A model generated the notes under the pieces. The model had not been told where the DNA came from. It worked only from the letters and a program-made list of their open reading frames with translations, and did no database searches. A program made the position numbers and the translations under genes. A DNA stretch of 64,000 bases, taken from positions 33,303 through 97,302 of the forward strand of contig JAJDDV010000146.1 of the NCBI GenBank assembly GCA_029260135.1. Direction: 5' to 3'. The stretch comes from Phycisphaerae bacterium (GTDB taxonomy: Bacteria > Planctomycetota > Phycisphaerae > UBA1845). How positions within the stretch are numbered: the stretch's first letter is position 1; each line of letters starts with the position of its first letter. Below are positions 61,704 through 64,000 of this stretch, one piece after another.

Positions 61704-63167
61704 ATGTCCCGAATCAACAGTAATGTGGCGTCGCTGGTGGCTCAGCGACACCTGCAGATTTCGCAACGCGCGCTCAAAATGTCGCTCGAGCGGTTGTCGA
61801 GCGGTCTGAAGATCAACCGAGGAGCGGACAACCCGGCCGGGCTCATCGTGTCCGAGCGGTTGCGATCCGAGATCGCCGTCGTCAAGCAGGCCATCGGCAA
61901 TTCCGAACGCGCCATCAACGTCATTGCCACGACGGAAGGCGCGCTCGACGAAGTACAGGCCCTTTTGACCGACATTCAAGCACTCGTGGTCGAAGCCGCG
62001 AACAGCGGCGCCTTCTCCGACGAAGAGATCGCGGCCAACCAGCTTCAGATCGACAACGCCATCGACTCGATCTCGCGAATCGCCAACACCACAACGTTCG
62101 CCGGGCGGAAGCTCATCAACGGTGAGATGGGTTACGTGACGAGCGGTGTCAGCGCCACGTACCTCTCCGACGTCGACATCCAAGCCACAAAATTCGGCTC
62201 GTTGTCCTATGTCGGCGTCAATGTCGATGTTTCGCAATCCGCACAGCAGGCCCAGCTAGCGTTCTCCGGCGCCGGACTCGGAGCGAGCGGCGTCACGCTC
62301 GACATTCGCGGAACAGATGGGATCATCACGCTCTCGTTCCCCGCCAGCGCGACAACCAGCGAGATGGCCGCCGAGATCAACCGCCAGGTCGATGCGACCG
62401 GGCTCATCGCCTCGGCAACCGCGGCCGGTCCCGCGGGCATGGTGATCAAGAGCCAGGAATACGGCAGCAGCGCATTCGTGAGCGTGCGAGAGGTCGGAAC
62501 GCCGGGCGCGTTCACGCTGACCAACCGGTCCAGCGTGACCAGCACCCGGACCACGGGCCGCGACACCGTCGCAACGGTCAACGGAGTCTCCGCGACCGCC
62601 GACGGACTCAAGCTGAAGTTCAGTTCCACCCTGCTGAAGCTCGAAGTCATTCTCGACGAGACGTTCGGTAGTGGCGCCTTGAGCTCGGGCGCAACGCAGC
62701 CCGGGTCAACCAGCTTCGCGATTACCGAAGGCGGAGCCCTCTTCCAGCTCGGTCCGCAGGTCAACACGAGCCTGCAAGAGAACATCGGCGTCAAGAGCAT
62801 GCAGGCGGGTAAGCTCGGAAACACCGTCGTCGGCTTCCTCTCCGATCTCCAGAGCGGGCAAACGCAAGACCTCAAGAGCAAGAACTTTCAGCAGGCGTCC
62901 AAGATCGTTCAACAAGTGATCACGGAAGTGGCCGTGCTCCGAGGACGGCTCGGTGCGTTCGAACGAAACTCGCTCCAGCCCAATATCCGACAGCTACAGA
63001 TTACCACCGAAAACCTCACGGCATCGGAAGCGGTCATTCGCGACACCGACTTCGCGGCAGAGACCTCGGAACTGACGCGGGCGCAGATCCTCGTGCAGGC
63101 CGGTAACAGTATCGTCGCGATCGCCAACGCACAATCGCAGAACGTACTCGCACTGCTCGGCGCGTAA
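61704..63167 (+). CDS. fliC: Flagellin
   Basis: MSRINSNVASLVAQRHLQISQRALKMSLERLSSGLKINRGADNPAGL.. and C-terminal ..IRDTDFAAETSELTRAQILVQAGNSIVAIANAQSQNVLALLG. Confidence 0.95.
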   Translation: MSRINSNVASLVAQRHLQISQRALKMSLERLSSGLKINRGADNPAGLIVSERLRSEIAVVKQAIGNSERAINVIATTEGALDEVQALLTDIQALVVEAANSGAFSDEEIAANQLQIDNAIDSISRIANTTTFAGRKLINGEMGYVTSGVSATYLSDVDIQATKFGSLSYVGVNVDVSQSAQQAQLAFSGAGLGASGVTLDIRGTDGIITLSFPASATTSEMAAEINRQVDATGLIASATAAGPAGMVIKSQEYGSSAFVSVREVGTPGAFTLTNRSSVTSTRTTGRDTVATVNGVSATADGLKLKFSSTLLKLEVILDETFGSGALSSGATQPGSTSFAITEGGALFQLGPQVNTSLQENIGVKSMQAGKLGNTVVGFLSDLQSGQTQDLKSKNFQQASKIVQQVITEVAVLRGRLGAFERNSLQPNIRQLQITTENLTASEAVIRDTDFAAETSELTRAQILVQAGNSIVAIANAQSQNVLALLGA

Positions 63168-63275
63168 GAATGACCGAGAGAACGTGACGGCCAGACGTCT
63201 GTGACGCTCGGCAAAGGCGGGCGAATCGCCACCTGGACCGCGCGCCGCGACCTGGTCGGGGCACGGCGCCGTTCG

Positions 63276-64000
63276 CTAGTCAGGATGCCCCGTGACGCGA
63301 AGTGCTTCTTCCAGCGTCGTAAGACCGCTGCGGACCTTTGTGCGCGCGTCCTCGCGCAGCGTGATCGCGCCGTGTTCGACGGCATACGTCTGAAGATGTT
63401 CGATCGAGGCCTGCTCCATGACCAATCGCGCCAGCCCTTCGTCGAAAGGGACGAACTCAAACACGCCGACGCGGTCGTAGTATCCGGTGCGCAGACACCG
63501 TGAGCATCCACCGCCCCGGAAGATCTCGGCGTCCCGGCGTCCCGAGGGGATTCCGAGAATGTCTCGCTCCGTCGCGTTCGGTTCATGGGCTCGTTTGCAC
63601 TGCGTGCAGACCTTGCGCACCAGCCGCTGTGCCATCACTCCGATGACCGAACTCGCCACGAGGTAGGGCTCGCAACCCATGTCGAGCAGACGCGTGACGG
63701 CGCCGACCGCGGTGTTGGTGTGCAGGGTCGCAAAAACCAAATGGCCGGTCAGTGAAGCCTCCAAGGCGAGGTGGGCGGTTTCTTCATCGCGAATTTCGCC
63801 CACCATAATGATGTCCGGGTCGTGGCGAAGAATGCTGCGTAGCGTGGAGGGAAAGTCGACGCCGTGGTCAGGCTCGATGGCCACCTGGTTCACGCCGCTG
63901 ATCTGGTATTCGACCGGATCCTCGACGGTGATGATGTGCCTGTCGGCGCTGTTGATTTGCTGAAGCGCGGCATACAAGGTCGTGGTCTTTCCGCTCCCGG
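63276..64000 (-). CDS. GspE/PilB-family type II/IV secretion ATPase (C-terminal part; N-terminus beyond window end)
   Basis: ..[16 protein letters not shown].., Walker B / Asp box ..IIMVGEIRD.., His box ..[12 protein letters not shown].., and a C-terminal tetracysteine (CTQC..CSRC). Confidence 0.9.
   Translation of the reverse strand, partial: GSGKTTTLYAALQQINSADRHIITVEDPVEYQISGVNQVAIEPDHGVDFPSTLRSILRHDPDIIMVGEIRDEETAHLALEASLTGHLVFATLHTNTAVGAVTRLLDMGCEPYLVASSVIGVMAQRLVRKVCTQCKRAHEPNATERDILGIPSGRRDAEIFRGGGCSRCLRTGYYDRVGVFEFVPFDEGLARLVMEQASIEHLQTYAVEHGAITLREDARTKVRSGLTTLEEALRVTGHPD

Overview
This is a GC-rich bacterial chromosomal window with about 50 supportable genes. I found no rRNA, tRNA, CRISPR array, transposase or integrase. 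The taxonomic guess is Planctomycetota-like, and it is inference only. It rests on diderm markers (BamD-like and LptE-like lipoproteins), a TPR-tailed Ser/Thr kinase, a dockerin-tailed beta-helix exoprotein, giant BatA/vWA proteins and many REP-like hairpins.

Gene order:
- 1-6.3 kb, + strand: kinase-TPR (5' partial), BamD-like, LptE-like, ftsH.
- 6.4-11.3 kb, - strand: thrS, infC, sat, nrnA-like.
- 12.5-13.8 kb: secreted beta-helix protein.
- 13.8-22.1 kb, - strand: an atypical UvrA locus.
- 22.2-26.4 kb: lipoprotein, HIT, dGTPase-like and DinB genes, separated by REP-rich non-coding DNA.
- 26.8-37.4 kb: TPR protein, thioredoxin-fold exoprotein and a MoxR/vWA/BatA-type cluster.
- 37.4-50.4 kb: SnoaL-like, HD-GYP, large Zn-metalloprotease, secreted Cys-rich repeat protein, two crotonases, transketolase, DUF1579, and a three-gene membrane operon.
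- 50.8-63.2 kb, + strand: flgF-G-A-H-I-J-N-K-L, fliW, csrA, flagellin.
- 63.3-64.0 kb, - strand: GspE/PilB-type ATPase (partial).

The most unusual region is the UvrA locus.
- It encodes two UvrA equivalents (four ABC modules) in two genes. One gene is NBD-I alone. The other is NBD-II, then a full UvrA, then a 370-aa internally duplicated tail of unknown function.
- The second gene is translationally coupled to a signal-less CBM9/DOMON-like protein.
- The junction between the two UvrA genes holds a 135-bp direct duplication of the second gene's 5' end.
- The junction also holds a perfect 17-bp inverted repeat spanning two start codons and several mutually exclusive hairpins.

Other points worth follow-up:
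- infC must start at a non-AUG codon.
- An in-frame TGA splits a Bat-cluster gene and is followed by a hairpin.
- The flagellin leader has a textbook CsrA-site layout, and the CsrA is unusually long.
- A secreted protein carries four CxxC-x9-CxxC repeats.
- ThrRS carries a roughly 70-aa insertion.

All functional calls come from motifs I read in the supplied translations. No database search was run.
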